From positions 4,094,001 to 4,158,000 of the forward strand of contig NC_045696.1 in assembly GCF_009834535.1 (NCBI RefSeq): DNA of 64,000 bases, read 5' to 3'. The notes below the pieces were generated by a model that saw only the letters and a list, made by a program, of their open reading frames with translations, was not told the origin of the DNA and did no database searches. Shown one piece after another: positions 11,103-24,500 of the stretch. Source of the stretch: Camelus ferus. Its lineage: Eukaryota. The translations under genes and the position numbers were made by a program. The number at the start of each line of letters is the position of its first letter. Position 1 is the stretch's first letter.

Positions 11103-11640
11103 TGTTGCGGAAAAATGTGTTACAGCTCAGTTGTGACAGCCTGGATCCGGGGTGAGAGACCAAGCAGCACTCGGAGAGTCGGAGAACTCAGGTTTATTAT
11201 GCAGCAGGCCCAGAAGAGTTAACACTCCAAGCTCTGGACCCCGTGTGTAGGTCTACACAGTCCTTTATAGGCTGCCAGTTTTACACTTTGCAACATCATA
11301 TGCAAATAAAGTATAACAGAAGTTGACTAACCAGGAACAAGCTTTGTAGAAATAGAGCAATCAGGAGTGAGAGAAATAACCAATCAGGAGTGAGCTCCAT
11401 GCAAATGAAGTACTACAAATGGACCAATCAGAAGTTAGGGAAGTGGACCAATCAGAAGTGAGAGTAATAACCAATCACGAGTGAGGGAAATAACCAATCA
11501 GAAGGGAGTTCAGGGAACAATAGAATTTTAGGGGTAAGTAAGCCGTTTCAGAGGCAAAAAGTGAGGTAGAGCCTCTAGGCCAGGGAACCGGATGGTGCCG
11601 GCAGGAGAGTAGTGGCCCTGCTTGGGGGCCCTGCCAGGTT
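11103..11640 (-). mobile_element. ERV solo-LTR-like element with tandem CCAAT boxes
   Basis: TGT terminus, minus-strand AATAAA (~11192) and TATAAA (~11265), and a ~23-nt periodic CCAATCAG array at 11357-11502. The right boundary is uncertain. Confidence 0.65.
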
Positions 11641-13059
11641 TTTATGGGGCTTCCCGCCTCAGAGTGACACACCCACCAGCACCATGACAGTTGACAACTG
11701 CCATGGCAACAACTGGAAAAACCCAAAGACTGAAAAGCCCGTCCAAGGACTGATCGGCTCCTCACACCTGGAAGGAGGACGTGGTAGTGGAAGCTGTTCG
11801 CAGAAGTCCACGCGGGCCGAGCCGGGCTGGGGCTGCCCCTGCTGCCCGTCTGGGCTGACAGGTCCCGCCTGAACGCCTTTTCCTCGCAGGAGCACTTTTC
11901 TTTTCTTCTCCCTGCTTGAACATTTTCCTTCTTTTTCCTCTTTTGAGAAGTAAAAGCAGTTTTGCTCTGTCGCTCTGCCTTAGCTGTGAATTCTTTCCAG
12001 CTGGCAGGCAGGGACCCACACTGTGGTGGGCCTCCTAACTTGGGTAACAAAGCTGACAGCCTGCCCCAGAAACGCAGCTGAAGGATCAACATGCTTCCTG
12101 GGAACTCACACAGTTGTCCTCAGACTCCAGCTGCATCCAGGTCTTCCGATGGGCTTGTGAACACACTGGGGGGCTAGGCCCACCCCGAGAATCCGAGGCC
12201 AGAGACTGCACTGCTAACACCTTCTCAGGAGAGGTTGGGGTGGGTCCACACGTGGAGATCCGGTCACTTAGGGCAGCGCTGTGCAGCGGGACTTTCTGAG
12301 ATGATAGAGGTGTTCTGTGCTGCTCTGTTGTCACCCTCTCCCCATATTCAGGCCTGAGTACCCTAAGAAGGGAAGTCCAGAGCATCCTGCAGGAACCCAC
12401 TCGGGCACTGCACACCCTTCGGCTCAGGATGGTCCCATGTTCTCGGAGAACTCTTGCTGGGAACTCAGCCCTGAGCCTGCAGGACTTTCAGGTCCTCAGT
12501 AACCTGATCTGCAAAGCCACAGGTGTGCTCCCTCGGGGTCCCGGGTCCCCCTGCACTGTGACTGAGGTGCGCTCCCCGGGGGGTCCCGGGTCCCTCTGCA
12601 CTGTGAGGCAGGGGTGCACTGGGCATTCCCATCACCAGAGTACAGCTGTGGGGCACCCCAAAGAGCCCTCAGGGTGGCGGGGAGAGTACAGGAGGGAGGA
12701 AGCCGGTGTCCATCTCGGGTTCACTCCCACCATCCTCTCCAAAACAGAAATTAATATTATAATTAAGAAAATAAAATCCTGAGCACATCTTTGCTCATTC
12801 ATTTCACTTGTGGGCAAGTTTTCTTTCTAAGAAAGACCTTAGATGCTTAAAAAAATGTTTTTCAAACCCCAGGTTCAGGGTCTGTCCTGTAGGATCTCAT
12901 GCCTGCATCATCCAGGGCCCCTGAGCAGAGAACGGAGGGAGGAACTGGGCACCCAACTTCCCAGTGTGACAGTTTTCTGTCTGACCACTTGTGGCTTGGA
13001 GACAGGAGGGAAGGAGACAGGACACATCCATTAAAAGAATGACACGTTGATTAGCACCG

Positions 13060-13541
13060 GGATGGCGGGAGATGTGCCTGCAGTGACCGTGAGCTTCACT
13101 GTACGCACGTTGTTATACACCAGCAGCTCAATGGCTCGCCCACAGGTGCCATGACGGGTCCCAGGCTGCCATAAAAGGTCAAAAAGTGGGTGGTGGCCCA
13201 GTTCCTGGGACTCCCCACCCCATCCCCAAAGCCGTTAGAATAACCCTCCCACTTGTTAGCACATGAAGTTACCAAGCCCATAAAAACTGACAGCCCCGCA
13301 CCTCATGGCCGCCCTCACTTTTCTAGATGACCCCGTGCTCTGGGGCCTCCACCCCTTGTCCCCACCTGCAGAGACGGCCCACTCTGTCCATGGAGTGTGC
13401 CTCTCTCTGAATAAACCTGTGGCTCACTCTTGAATTCTTTCCTGTGCGAAGCCAAGGACCCTCACTTGTTGGGGTCCCTCCCAGGGACTCGACTGAGACC
13501 TGGGGACATGACTGTCCTCTCGTGGCCCATTTTTCCTGTAT
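13060..13541 (+). mobile_element. ERV1-class LTR
   Basis: cataaaaac TATA-like motif, aataaacctg polyA signal, ctcttgaattctttcctgtgcgaagccaaggacc U5-type motif, ends ...gtatca. Confidence 0.55.
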
Positions 13542-14589
13542 CAGCATCTGCATCAGGACAGGTGCATCTAATGCTCCAGGAAAGGGACAAATGAAGGCCC
13601 TGGAGAAGCCTTGCAGAGTGACACTTGCTTCCCTGGAGGCAGCAAAGGCCGCTGGAGGATCCTCCGTTCCCTGTGAGAATGGCATCTGTTCTGGCATGCG
13701 CCGCAGGAGGGGTGGGTCCTCGCGCTGCCGGTGCTGACGGGCCCGGAGGGAACACCCTGCCCGGGCAGCGTCACAGTGCTGGGCCGGGTCTCGAGCTGCG
13801 GTTTGCTCAGCTCCACGGGGAGCCTGGCAGGGGGCTGATGAAGACCGCCCGCCGCAGTCGCCCGTCCCGCCGGCCTGAGGACCCTCTGCAGAAGGGCTGG
13901 CCCGTGCGTTCGTGCAGCACCCGGCCGTCCGGACCCGAAAGGCACCCACCCTCGGACCTCTCGTCCTGCGCCTGCCCCCTAGTCCTCTAGAGGAGACTGT
14001 GTGAGCGCCTCCCCAGCTGTTGGATTCACGAGTTGGAGGGAACATGGAGTCTGTGGACAAGAGCTCTAAGTGGGTGTGTCGCCGCAGAGGCCGCTTCAGG
14101 ATGGAAACCCCGGACCCTTCACTCTCTGGGCCCCACGTGCTCCAGCGAGGGTGACAAGGGGACCCATCCCGGGGAAGGTGCTCAGAGGACATCAACCCTT
14201 GTGCCTAGTACCTGTGGACGGGGGACAGGCCTGGGGTGGGCAGTGCCATTGTCTGGGCTGGAGGGAGACAAAGGGCCACTGAGCGGTGCAGGGTCTCAGC
14301 GGGTGACACCCTTTCCTCAGGCAGGAGCAAGCTCTGTTCCCGGTTTTGAGGTGTCGGCAGTCCGGGCGTCTGGGTGACAGGATTGCTGAGAGAGGCCGGG
14401 AAGTGCCCGCTTCCCCAGGGCAGAGGCTCCGGGGCAGCCCTCTCTGTGGGCGGGCAGCCCCTTCCAGGCCCCCTGCTGCAGGGTGGGGGTGGGGGGCTGG
14501 CGCCCACTGCCAGGCCCCACCCTAGGGGGCAGGCGTAGGCTCACGTCCGCTCAGCGTGTGGGCAATTAGGACAGATGTTCAGGGCTGGC

Positions 14590-14960
14590 TACCTACCCGA
14601 GGCTCAGTCTCGTTGGTCGCTCCTTCTCTTTGTTTGTAATAGGCTATCGTTGAGGGCAGTTTAAGGTTGACAGCAAAAGTGAGAGGAAGGTACAGAGATT
14701 GCCCCAGACCCTCTCCCCCAACACATGCACAGCCTTCCTCGCTGTTGACAACCAGAGGGTGCATTTGTCCCAATCTGTGAACCTGCATGGACATGTCATC
14801 GTCACCCGGAGCCCACAGTGCACATCAGGGTCACTCTCGGTGCTGCACAAACGTGTAATGACCTGTGTCCTCCGTTGCAGTCCCGTACAGAGCAGTCCAC
14901 CGCCCTGAGAATCCTGCACCTGCCTGCTCAGCTGCCTCCTGCAGCCCCCAGCACCCCTGA
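14590..14960 (-). mobile_element. Old L1 (L1MB-like) 3' end fragment
   Basis: gagggcagtttaaggttgacagcaaaagtgagaggaaggtacagagatt, the antisense L1M 3' UTR signature. Confidence 0.6.
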
Positions 14961-15744
14961 TGTCCTGTCTCCATCCTGCCTCCTTCTCTGTGACGTCGCC
15001 GAAACTCTCCGGCCACCTCTGCCAGGTGGTCCAAAACCCAGAAAGGGGTTGGGGTAACACCCCGACTCCTGCTCCTGCAGACAAGGCCAAAGGGGCTGAT
15101 CAGTCAGGAGAGGACCCGGTGAGCGAAGCTGGTGGGACACCCCCACCTCCAGGAGGATCGACTGGCTTCAGGGGCTGAGCCCTGAGTTCTAGGTGGGGCC
15201 AGACGTCCCTACTGCAGGGCTGAGGGCAGGGAGTGGGGCAGAGGGAACCCCACCTGGTGATGACAAGTCAGGATGCCGTCCCACTGCTGGGGTTGTTCTT
15301 TGGCTGCAATCTGTAGAATGGGCGGATGGAGACTGACTCCATGGCTGGATTCAGGAACGCTAGACACACCTGTTAAAATAACACACGGTGAACCTAAACC
15401 CCACCCCATAACCTGGCCCTGCCCTCTCTGAAACGGGGGTGCTGCGGAGGCCGCCACTTGGTTTACTGAACAAAATGAAAATTTAGGTGGAAAACATAAA
15501 CCTCGGGAAAGAAACAAAACATAGCCAAGGCCACAACAGAGGAAGAGGTTTTCATTAAGTTCTTAGCTTTATGATCGGTGGCTGAGGCTTCACAGGCCGG
15601 CAGCTGCAGGCGGCCATGGGAGAACAGAGGATCCAGGGCTCTCGGTGGCCCTCTCAGCGCCCTTGCAGGGACGTGGACAGGACATGGACAAGTCAGATCT
15701 TGCACACCAGGGGGACAAACACACTGAGAGCTGCAGGGGCCTCA

Positions 15745-16321
15745 GGACTGTCACAGGAGGGAGGTTGTCATGGGGGGGCTGTCACAGGGTAGGGGTGCTG
15801 TCACAGGATGGGGGCTGTCACGGGGTGGGGGTGGTCACAGGATGGGCCTGTCACAGAGTGGGGGACTTTCACAGGATGTGGGGCTGTTGTAGGATGGGGG
15901 GTTGTGACAGGATGGGAGTTGTCACAAGGTGGAAGCTGTCACAGGATGAGGGAACTGTCACAGGATATAGGCCATCACAGAATGGAGGCTGTCACAGGGT
16001 GAGGGCTGTCACAGGGTGGAGGGGCTGTCACAGGATGTGGGGCTGTCTCAGAATGACAGTTGTCATAGGATGCGGGGCTGTCACAGGATAGGGGCTGTCA
16101 CAGGGTGGGGGCTGTCACAGGATGCGGGGCTGTCACAGGGTGGGGGCTGTCACAGGATGCGGGGCTATCACAGGGTGGGGGCTGTCACAGGATGCGGGGC
16201 TGTCACAGGGTGGGGGCTGTCACAGGGTGGGGGCTGTCACAGGATGCGGGGCTGTCACAGGATGGGGGCTGTCACAGGATGCGGGGCTGTCACAGGGTGG
16301 GGGCTGTCACAGGGTGGGGCT
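15745..16321. repeat. G-rich minisatellite, 17/18-bp units (GGGGGCTGTCACAGGGT / GGGGCTGTCACAGGATGC), roughly 30 or more copies
   Basis: Directly visible tandem array, degenerate on the left and homogeneous from about 16070 onward. Confidence 0.95.
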
Positions 16322-16504
16322 CTTGCAGGAGTTCACATCCCAAGGCAGGATCCTGGACACACCTGGCCAGGAGTGCCTGAGGCCTCACCTGCTACCGCGG
16401 GTGAAGATGCTCTGAAAATGTAATAGTTTCAGCCGGAGTGCAAATATGCCTCCCCCTTACGGAAATGTCTGCGGACACCAAAGAATTTAGCACCTAAACA
16501 GATC

Positions 16505-16850
16505 TGTATTCGTTGGCCAGGGCTGCCATGACGAAGCACCACAAACCCAGCGGCTTAAACAGCAGACACTTAATCTCACGGTTCTGGAGGCCGCACGTCC
16601 AAGCCCAGGAGCAGGCAGGCGCGGCCTCCTCTGAAGCCTCCAGGGGAGGACCTGTTCCAGGCCCCCCTCGCTCCCCGTGGGTTTTGGTGACCTCGGGGGC
16701 TCCCTGGCTTGTAGAAGCGTCACCTGGATCTCTGCCTCCAACGCCACGTGGCCTTCTCCCCAAGGGCTTGTTTGTATCTACACGTCCCTTTTCTGTAAGG
16801 ACACCAGTCGTACTGGATGGGGGGCCACTTCCCTCTAGCGTATTACATGA
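16505..16850 (-). mobile_element. MaLR LTR (MLT1-like)
   Basis: tgtattcgttggccagggctgccatgacgaagcaccacaaacccagcggcttaaac ... gtaaggacaccagtcgtactggat. Confidence 0.7.
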
Positions 16851-17414
16851 CCCTACTGACACATGGCGTCACGTTTAGAGGAAATGCTGATTAGGGGTCA
16901 ATTCACGGATCTGAGGGAACAGAGTTTAGCTCGTAATAGGGCCTGAGCCAAGATCCCATCCAGTGGTTTGCAGACGCCTTTGCAGAGAGAGGTCCAGGCT
17001 CCCTGAAGGGCCACTGCCCAGATGCCGAGGTTCTCTCTGGGCTGGAGCTCTGCTTGGCTTTCGGTGGCCGCTCCCCTCCTGCTCACACATAGTCATCCCT
17101 CCCTGTGGGAGGGCAGAGCACCCCACCCCCCACCCCGCTGCCAGGAGGGCGACGTCCCCCCGCTGTGGGGGGACGGGGGAGGGCTCGTGTGTGTCCTGGC
17201 AGGAGCTTTGGGGGGCACCTGGACTCCTGCTCTCTCTGGCTTCCATGATGGTCAGGACCCACCTTCAGGAGGAGGGCCAAGCCTCTGCTGACCTGCAGCC
17301 GGCAGAGAGCACGAAGGGGAAGCTGGCGCTAATGAGCTCCGCTGCTTTGACACTGTGAGGGCGCCACGTGCTACCGTGTGTTCATTTTATTCATTCATTT
17401 TTATCAGAAGCTCT

Positions 17415-17538
17415 TTTTTGGGGGGAGGGGGATTAGGTTTATTTTTCTTTCTTTCTTTCTTTATTTCAACGGAGGCGCTGGGGATTGAACCTCGTGCAGG
17501 CTAAGCATGTGCTCCGCCACTGAGCTCTACCCATCCCC
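17415..17538 (-). mobile_element. Camelid Vic-1-like tRNA-derived SINE
   Basis: ggaggcgctggggattgaacc...ctaagcatgtgctccgccactgagctctacccatcccc with a T-rich tail on the left. Confidence 0.75.
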
Positions 17539-18488
17539 TGCTACCATGTTCTTAAAAGGAGTCCTGCTGATAAAAGTGCTTGAAAATCACTCTCGGTCCC
17601 AATCCCTCTGTTTTATTGATGAGAAACGAGAGGCTCCGAGAAGTACTATTAACTGGGCATCAAAGTCTCCTAGCCTTTGCGGCAGCCAGCCCCGGGAGGG
17701 TCGTTAGAATGGGCGTTTGGCAGTGACTGGATTTTCTTAACCCCAAGTCACCAGACGTGCTTCTCTGGATATGCTGCTACATGGATCTTACGACGTGTCT
17801 CCTGGTAAGCCTGGGGTAGACTGTGGGCCTCCCAGCAGCAGACCCTGCCCACCCACTCTGTCAGAGCTCCTCCCTCCCCACCCTGCTAAGCAAAGGTCCC
17901 CCCCACCCCCAGCCCCTGGAGGGACGCTCCCACATGGAGGCAGAGCCTGGGGCTCTTCACTGCGGCACTGCTGGTGCCCGAGGTAGGGGCACCTAGGTTT
18001 GTGGAGTAAATAAGTTCAGTGACCCAGGGGGAGACTTTAACAGCTCAACTAGGGTGGACCCCAGATGTTAGCTACGCCCTCTGACCGCTGCTCGTCCTCC
18101 AAGGAGATGACCATCCAAAAGGAGGGTGTGCCTGGTGATCAGGGATAAAGGTTTTCTCTCTGCAGAGCTGTCTGGACCACAGGGGTCAAACTTAGATCTG
18201 ATCATAAAATAGCCCTCCACCCCGACAAGCAGTGGTTGCTCCCCCAACCCTCTCCTCTCAAAGTTCAATCACTGCACTTCCTTGAACAGTTATTCATTTC
18301 AGTTGTCCTGCGATCTTCACTCTATAAATAAAACGTCTATACGGCAGGATTTTATACAGCCAGCAAATATTCTGGTTGGCTGATGGCAAGCCCCAAATAC
18401 TCATCAAATAGTGACCGCTGGATCAGATTCTTGGTCCATTCCATGCTGCGTTTGTCTATAAACACACGTTTATTAAGGCCGGGCAACG

Positions 18489-18578
18489 TTAGCTTGGTCC
18501 TTTCGGTATACAGCCTTCTATCTGTATCTCTGCAGGCCAGCCCGAGTACCTGTTCCTTGAGCTATCTGAGTGGTTGAT
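18489..18578 (-). CDS. FAM3B: FAM3B exon 8 (90 nt): [29 protein letters not shown]
   Basis: Acceptor tttacgcag|ATC, stop TAA at 18489-18491. Confidence 0.96.
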   Translation of the reverse strand: MNHSDSSRNRYSGWPAEIQIEGCIPKGPS

Positions 18579-21500
18579 CTGCGTAAAGGAAAGAAAAGGA
18601 TTTAATTTACTCACTAATCTAATCCACAAATTAACATGCCAGCTGTGAGCAAATTCATAAAAAGAGAATGTCTTCCTAGAATGGGATTTGCTCCAACCTC
18701 CTCTGGGTCTTCATCTCCTCTCAGTGTGTCTCTTACTTCAACCAACTTGATTCAACACACGGAAAACTTTCTCAAATGAATGATGTAAATGTCCTTTAAT
18801 CTATGCTCCCAGTAGAGGAGCCAGGAGCCACGTCTGGCTACTGAATACCCTGAAATGTGGCTCGTGGGGCTGATGAACTGAATTTTAAATTCTATTTAAT
18901 TAGAATAAATTCAAATGTAAATGAAAATCTGGCTAGTATCTGCCTGTTCTAAAGTTTAGTTTTCAGTTCTCTGGGAGGAGGATTACAGGTTTTATTCAGG
19001 GTGATCGTAGCACTCCTTGCTCAGAAGATGTGCCTTCATATTGAGTTCGACTTCAGCTCTGTCCAGCGTCAATTCTCTCATAGATAATGGAGCACCTTCA
19101 CCTAATGCTTAAAAAGAATAATATGCATTCTGAACTTGGGAATTCTAGTTTTATCTCCCTTTTTTTCTAGAACAGCTTTGCTGAGCTCTAATTTACATAC
19201 TATAAAATTCACCCATTTAAAGTGTACAGTTCAACCGTTTTCAGTCTATTCGCAGAGATATGCAACTATCACCACAATCAGTTTTAGGTCATTCTCAACC
19301 CCCGAACAGCAAAACATGCACCCATTCGAAGCCACTCATCAGCCCCCTCAGCCCTAGAAGCCACTGATGTACTTTCTGTCTCTGGTTTTGACTCTTCAAG
19401 AAATTCCCTGTAAAAGGAATCGCAATGCATGGCCTTTGCGTTTGGTGCCCTTCACTCAGCGTGTTTTCAAGGGTCGTCCGTGTCATATACCAGGGCTTCA
19501 TCTCTTTATGTGCCTGAATAATATTCCAGTGTATGGCTATACCATATCTGATTTATACATTTTTAATCCATTAATCAGACATTTGGGTTGTTTCCACTTT
19601 TTGCTATTATGAATGACACTACCGCACATATTTATGTACAAGTTTTTGTGTGAACATATGTTTTCATTCTCTTGGCTCTGTAGCTGGGAGTGGCATTGCT
19701 AGAACATACGGTAACTACATGCCTAACTTTTTGAGGAACTGCCAGAATATTTCTCAGAGCAGCAGGGTTGTAATTTTTCCACATCCTCATCAATACTTCT
19801 TATTTTGTCTTTTTTATTATAACACTCCTAGCAGGTGTGAGGTGGTATCTCACAGTGGTTTTTATTTGCATTTTCCTGATGGCTAGTCATGAGTATATTT
19901 TTACGTGCTTATTAGTCATCTGTATATTTTCTTTGAAGAAATGTCTATTCAGATCCTTTGCCCATTTAAAAACTGGGTTATTTGTCTTTTTTATTATTGA
20001 GTTGCAAGAGTTCTTTATATATTCTGGATACAACTCTTTTTTTTTTTTGCAAATATTCTCTCCCATATTGTGGGCTATCTTTTCACATCCCTGATGGTGT
20101 CCTTTGAAGCACAAATGTTTTAAATTTTGAGGAAGTGAAATTTATGTATTCTTTTCTTTTGTTTGTGCTTTTGGTATCATAGCTAAGAAATCACTGCCTA
20201 ATCCAAGGTCACAAAGATTTATGCCTGTGTTTTCTTCTAAGAGTTTAATAGTTCTAGCTCTTACATTTAGTTATTTGACCCATTTTGAGTTAATTTTTGT
20301 ATATGGTGTGAGGTAGGGATCCAAATTCATTCTTTTGCATGTGGATGTCTAGTTGTCCCAGGACCATTTGTTGAAAAGACCATTTATTCCCTGTTAATAG
20401 GTCTTGGCACTCTTGTTGAAAATCTTTTGATCAAAACTATGAGGTTTTATTTCTCAGTTCTGTTCCTTTGGTCTATATGCCTGTCTTTATGCTGTCTTGA
20501 TTACTGCAGCTTTGTAGTAAGTTTTGAAACTGGAAAGTAAGAGTCCTCCAACTTTATTCTTCTTTTTCAAGATTGTTTTGACTATCTGGGTCCTCTGAGT
20601 TTCCACGTGAATTTTAGGATCATCTTCTCAAATTCTGTGAAAAGCCCTCTGGGGTTTTGATAAAGATGGCATTAAATCTGTATATCAATCTGGAGAGTAT
20701 TCGTGCCTTAACAATATTAAATTGTCTGATTCATTAATGTAAAATATCTTTCCCTTTTTTTAGGTCTTCTTAATTTCTTTCAGCAATGTTCTATAGTTTT
20801 TAGTGTATAAGTCTTACTTCTACATTAAGTTAATTCCTAAGTATTTTATTCTTTTTGATGTTATTGCAAATGGAATTGTTTTCTGAATTCTGTTTTCAGA
20901 TTGTTCACTGCAAGTAAATAGATTTTGTACCTAGATCTTGCATCCTGCAAACTTACTGAACTTGTTTACTAGTTCAAACAGGTTTTTTAGTGGATTCCTT
21001 ATGATTTTCTGGAACACAGAATCATACCATTTCCAATGTGGATGGCTTTCATTTATTGCCCTTTTTTTCCCGTCTCTTTCTTTCTTTTCTTTTTTTATTT
21101 TTTCCCTAATTGCCTTGGTCAGAACAATGTTGAAGAAAGTTGCAAAGATGGATATCCTTGTCTTGTTCCTGATCTCAGAGGGAAGCCATTTGGTTTTCAC
21201 ATTAAATATGATGTTATATATGGGGTTTTTGTAAATATCCTTTATTTTGATTTATTTATTTTTAAATGGAGGTACTGGGGATTGAACCCAGAACCTTGGA
21301 CCTTGTGCATGCTAAGCATGAGCTCTACCACTGAGCTATATCCACCCCTCTGTAGATACCTTTTAAAAGGTTAAGGAAGTTCCCTTCTGTTCTTAGTTAA
21401 GTGTATTATCCTGAAAGGGTGTTGAATTTTGTTAAATATTTTCTCTGTGTCTATTGAAATAGTCATGTCCTTTATTCTAGTAACGTGATGATTACATGAA

Positions 21501-24500
21501 TTGATTTTTGGCTGTTAAACCAACTTTGTATTTCTGGAACAAATCTCACTTGGTTATACATCTCTTCTGAAAACTACTCTTCTGATAATTCACTCATTGT
21601 TGAGACTTCGGGGATCACACAGTAGAAGAAAATGTGCTCTGTGCCTTCAGGAGGTTACCATCCAAGCAAGGACAGACAGACAACACTAATGCACAGCACC
21701 ACATGCCCATCAAGGAAGGCACAGAGTGCTGTGGGCACACAAGGGCAGGGGAGGATGGCCAGAAAGTCTCCACAAAAAAACAGCTGTGAGCTGGATCGTG
21801 AAGGAGCTTCCAGGAAAGCACACTCAGGATGGAAGGAGTCACAGCAGAGGTCCAAGCAAGGGGAGGCTCTGTGATGTGCGTGTGAGAGCAAAAACCACAG
21901 TAAGCGTGCTGAGCATGCATAGGATGGAGATAAGCGTGGAAGGGGGTTGGCTGGGCTGCAGACAGGGTCTGAGCTCTAGTTCTGCATCATGGGGGGAGCA
22001 GGTTGTACCCCACTCTTGGGGAAATCTACGGTGTACAAACTTGAAATCTAAAATAATGAAGACGGCAACGATTCCTCCAGTAGTACTTGACTCAGATCCG
22101 CAGTCAGGCCCATATTGAGGTCCTGGCCGCCAGCTCAGGTTTCATCAACATCCAAGCAAACATCCTTTTGGGCCCCAAACCACAGTAGCTCTAATGACTT
22201 ACAAAAACTGCTCACCACGCTCAGGTCTGGTCTTTGCACCCTTGTAGTAAGCAGGACAATGACTTTCAACCAACACACGTGGGCAAGACAAGCATTCTCC
22301 TGCAACTCACTTAGAGCCACGGTTTCAAAACACATTGTGTCTCTAAATGCAGTGCAGTACTGGGACACCTGCATTTTCCTTGATTCCTCCCACTCCAGAA
22401 ACTCCTTTACCCATAAAGAAAACAAAAAATCAGTTCAGATGAGGCTTTGTCTTCTGTCTGAGCTAAACATGAATATGGAACCTGTTTGTGGAGATGTTGA
22501 CATTTTTGAGTTAAGCAAGATTCAAGCTCTCACATTTGAGTGGGAACAATTCCTGTCATAACAGTAATGACAGGCGAGGACACACAGCACTTCCCACTGG
22601 CCTGACACCCCTGGCTGCCAGCAGTCCCTGCTCACCACCACTACTGATGAGTTATGTGACCGGGACAGCTGGGGTGGGGGCAGGGCGGGGCACCTGGAGA
22701 GGATGAGGGGGACAGAGGAGGAGGCATGGAAGAGGGTGAGGGGTAAGATAGCTGGGGAAAGCACAGAGACGCTGGAATATAATATTAAGGGAGAGTGTGG
22801 ATGTGCACATAGAACCAGGGCCTCTATTTTCTCGTGAAAATCAGTGCAATGGGTCCAACTCTCCCTGCGCATCAGAATCACCGGGGCAGGCCCCGGCCTC
22901 TGCGATTCCAGTGCAGTGGGTCTGGGTGTCCGCGTTTTTTGAGGTGACTCAGGTTGGGAATGACAGATAGGGGATGGAAAGGTGGGGGGAAGTAGGGAAG
23001 CTCGACTCTCTTTGACCTTCTAGCTGGAAGAAAGGAGCAGCTGAGGGCGGGGCTCGTTCCTTGGCAGCCAGCTAACTCCTTCCGCTTCTGGAGCGTATTT
23101 CAGCGCCGGTTCCTGGAGAGCAGCGCCCTCCAAAGGAGCTGGTGATGCCTGCAGAGGCGACAGCCTGTAACTCCTAGGACACTTTGGCCACCCCTCACTT
23201 GGAAGTTTCATGGTGACTTAGTATTAATGCGCCAGAACTTCATTCTTTTGCTCTTTACTTTTCTTCCATAAATAAAGGCCATAGTGGGAGGGGCGTATAA
23301 TCAGTCCTGTCCCAATTTACTCAAGGCAGCGACGAGGCAAGCGGCATTTACCCAGTGCTCGTGTGCAGCCCGCCCTGTCTCAAGTGCTTCACGCACACAG
23401 GCTTGGTGACTTGGGGACCAACTTGAGAATTAAGCACTGTGACCAGCCCCGGAACAGAGGCAAAGGGAAGAGGCTTGGGACGTACTGTCGGCTGTAGCAG
23501 GATAGAAAATCAACACCGATAGCGCATTCAGAATTCTCTACTTTTAAAGAGACTGGAAGGTCAAAACTTGCCATGTGTCTTTTGAATGCTGACACAATGA
23601 GAAAGGTTGCAAACATCTTAGGATGGACTGTTTTGCCTGTAACAGCTCATCAAGCACCACTGGGTGGAAGGCGAGCTTCCCCCAGGATTTCAGGATGCGG
23701 AACCACGCGGGAAGCGCGCGCACAGAAGCAGGGGCCTCGGGCACAGCCCTGTGCACATGCGCCTAACACAGGAAGGTGTTAGGAGACAAATCACAGCATG
23801 TACTGTACTGTTCGGGGGAAGGGACGTTTAAGAGCCACTCACCTTTTCTCTCTGAATTTCTGCAGGGAGTTCAAAGCCTTTTGCTGCAAGGAACACCCAG
23901 CTTGACCTGAATCTCATGTTTCTGATCTCTTTACTTCCCAGGGCTTCGATGGCCTTCTTGGCGTCCTCCTTCAGTCTGGGCGGGGGGAAGAGGGGAAAGC
24001 ATATGAACGTCTCCCTGCAGACTCGGTGTGTCGTGCTAGGACAGAGTCTGTCCTCCTGGGGCCCATGACAGGAGGGGACAGGCTAGCCCAGTGTGCCACA
24101 CCTAGGACTCTTTTGGACTCAATTCGGGCACAGAGTTTTAATTCTCAGTTCTGAAAAGCCCTGTGTCTGGGGTTCAGTCACATCCTCACCCTCAGCCAAC
24201 ATAATTTTCGGTCCTCACTGCCCTCCTGTTTACCGACCACACAATAAGATGGACAGAAGTTTCTAAAAGATGAAAACAAATGCCAAAAACTGTCCCTTCT
24301 GTGTTCAGAAAAGTCAATATCAAAAGAGAAAAAAAAAAAAAACCCTAAACAATCCTACCACTGTAAAAAAAAAAAAAAGTGCAATTTAGAGCAAGCAAAG
24401 GAAGGAGGGCAGAAAGGAAAAGAGAAAAAATAAGTTCAGATTTTCCTAAATGCATTAAATCTGAGTTTTTTTAAGCATATATCAAAGAACTTCCATCTGG

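Noticed and set aside
15645..16423. ORFs with repeating GCHR / AVTG / LSQD motifs; possible CRISPR-like array
   Set aside because: Translations of the minisatellite. There are no unique spacers, no cas genes, and the context is eukaryotic.
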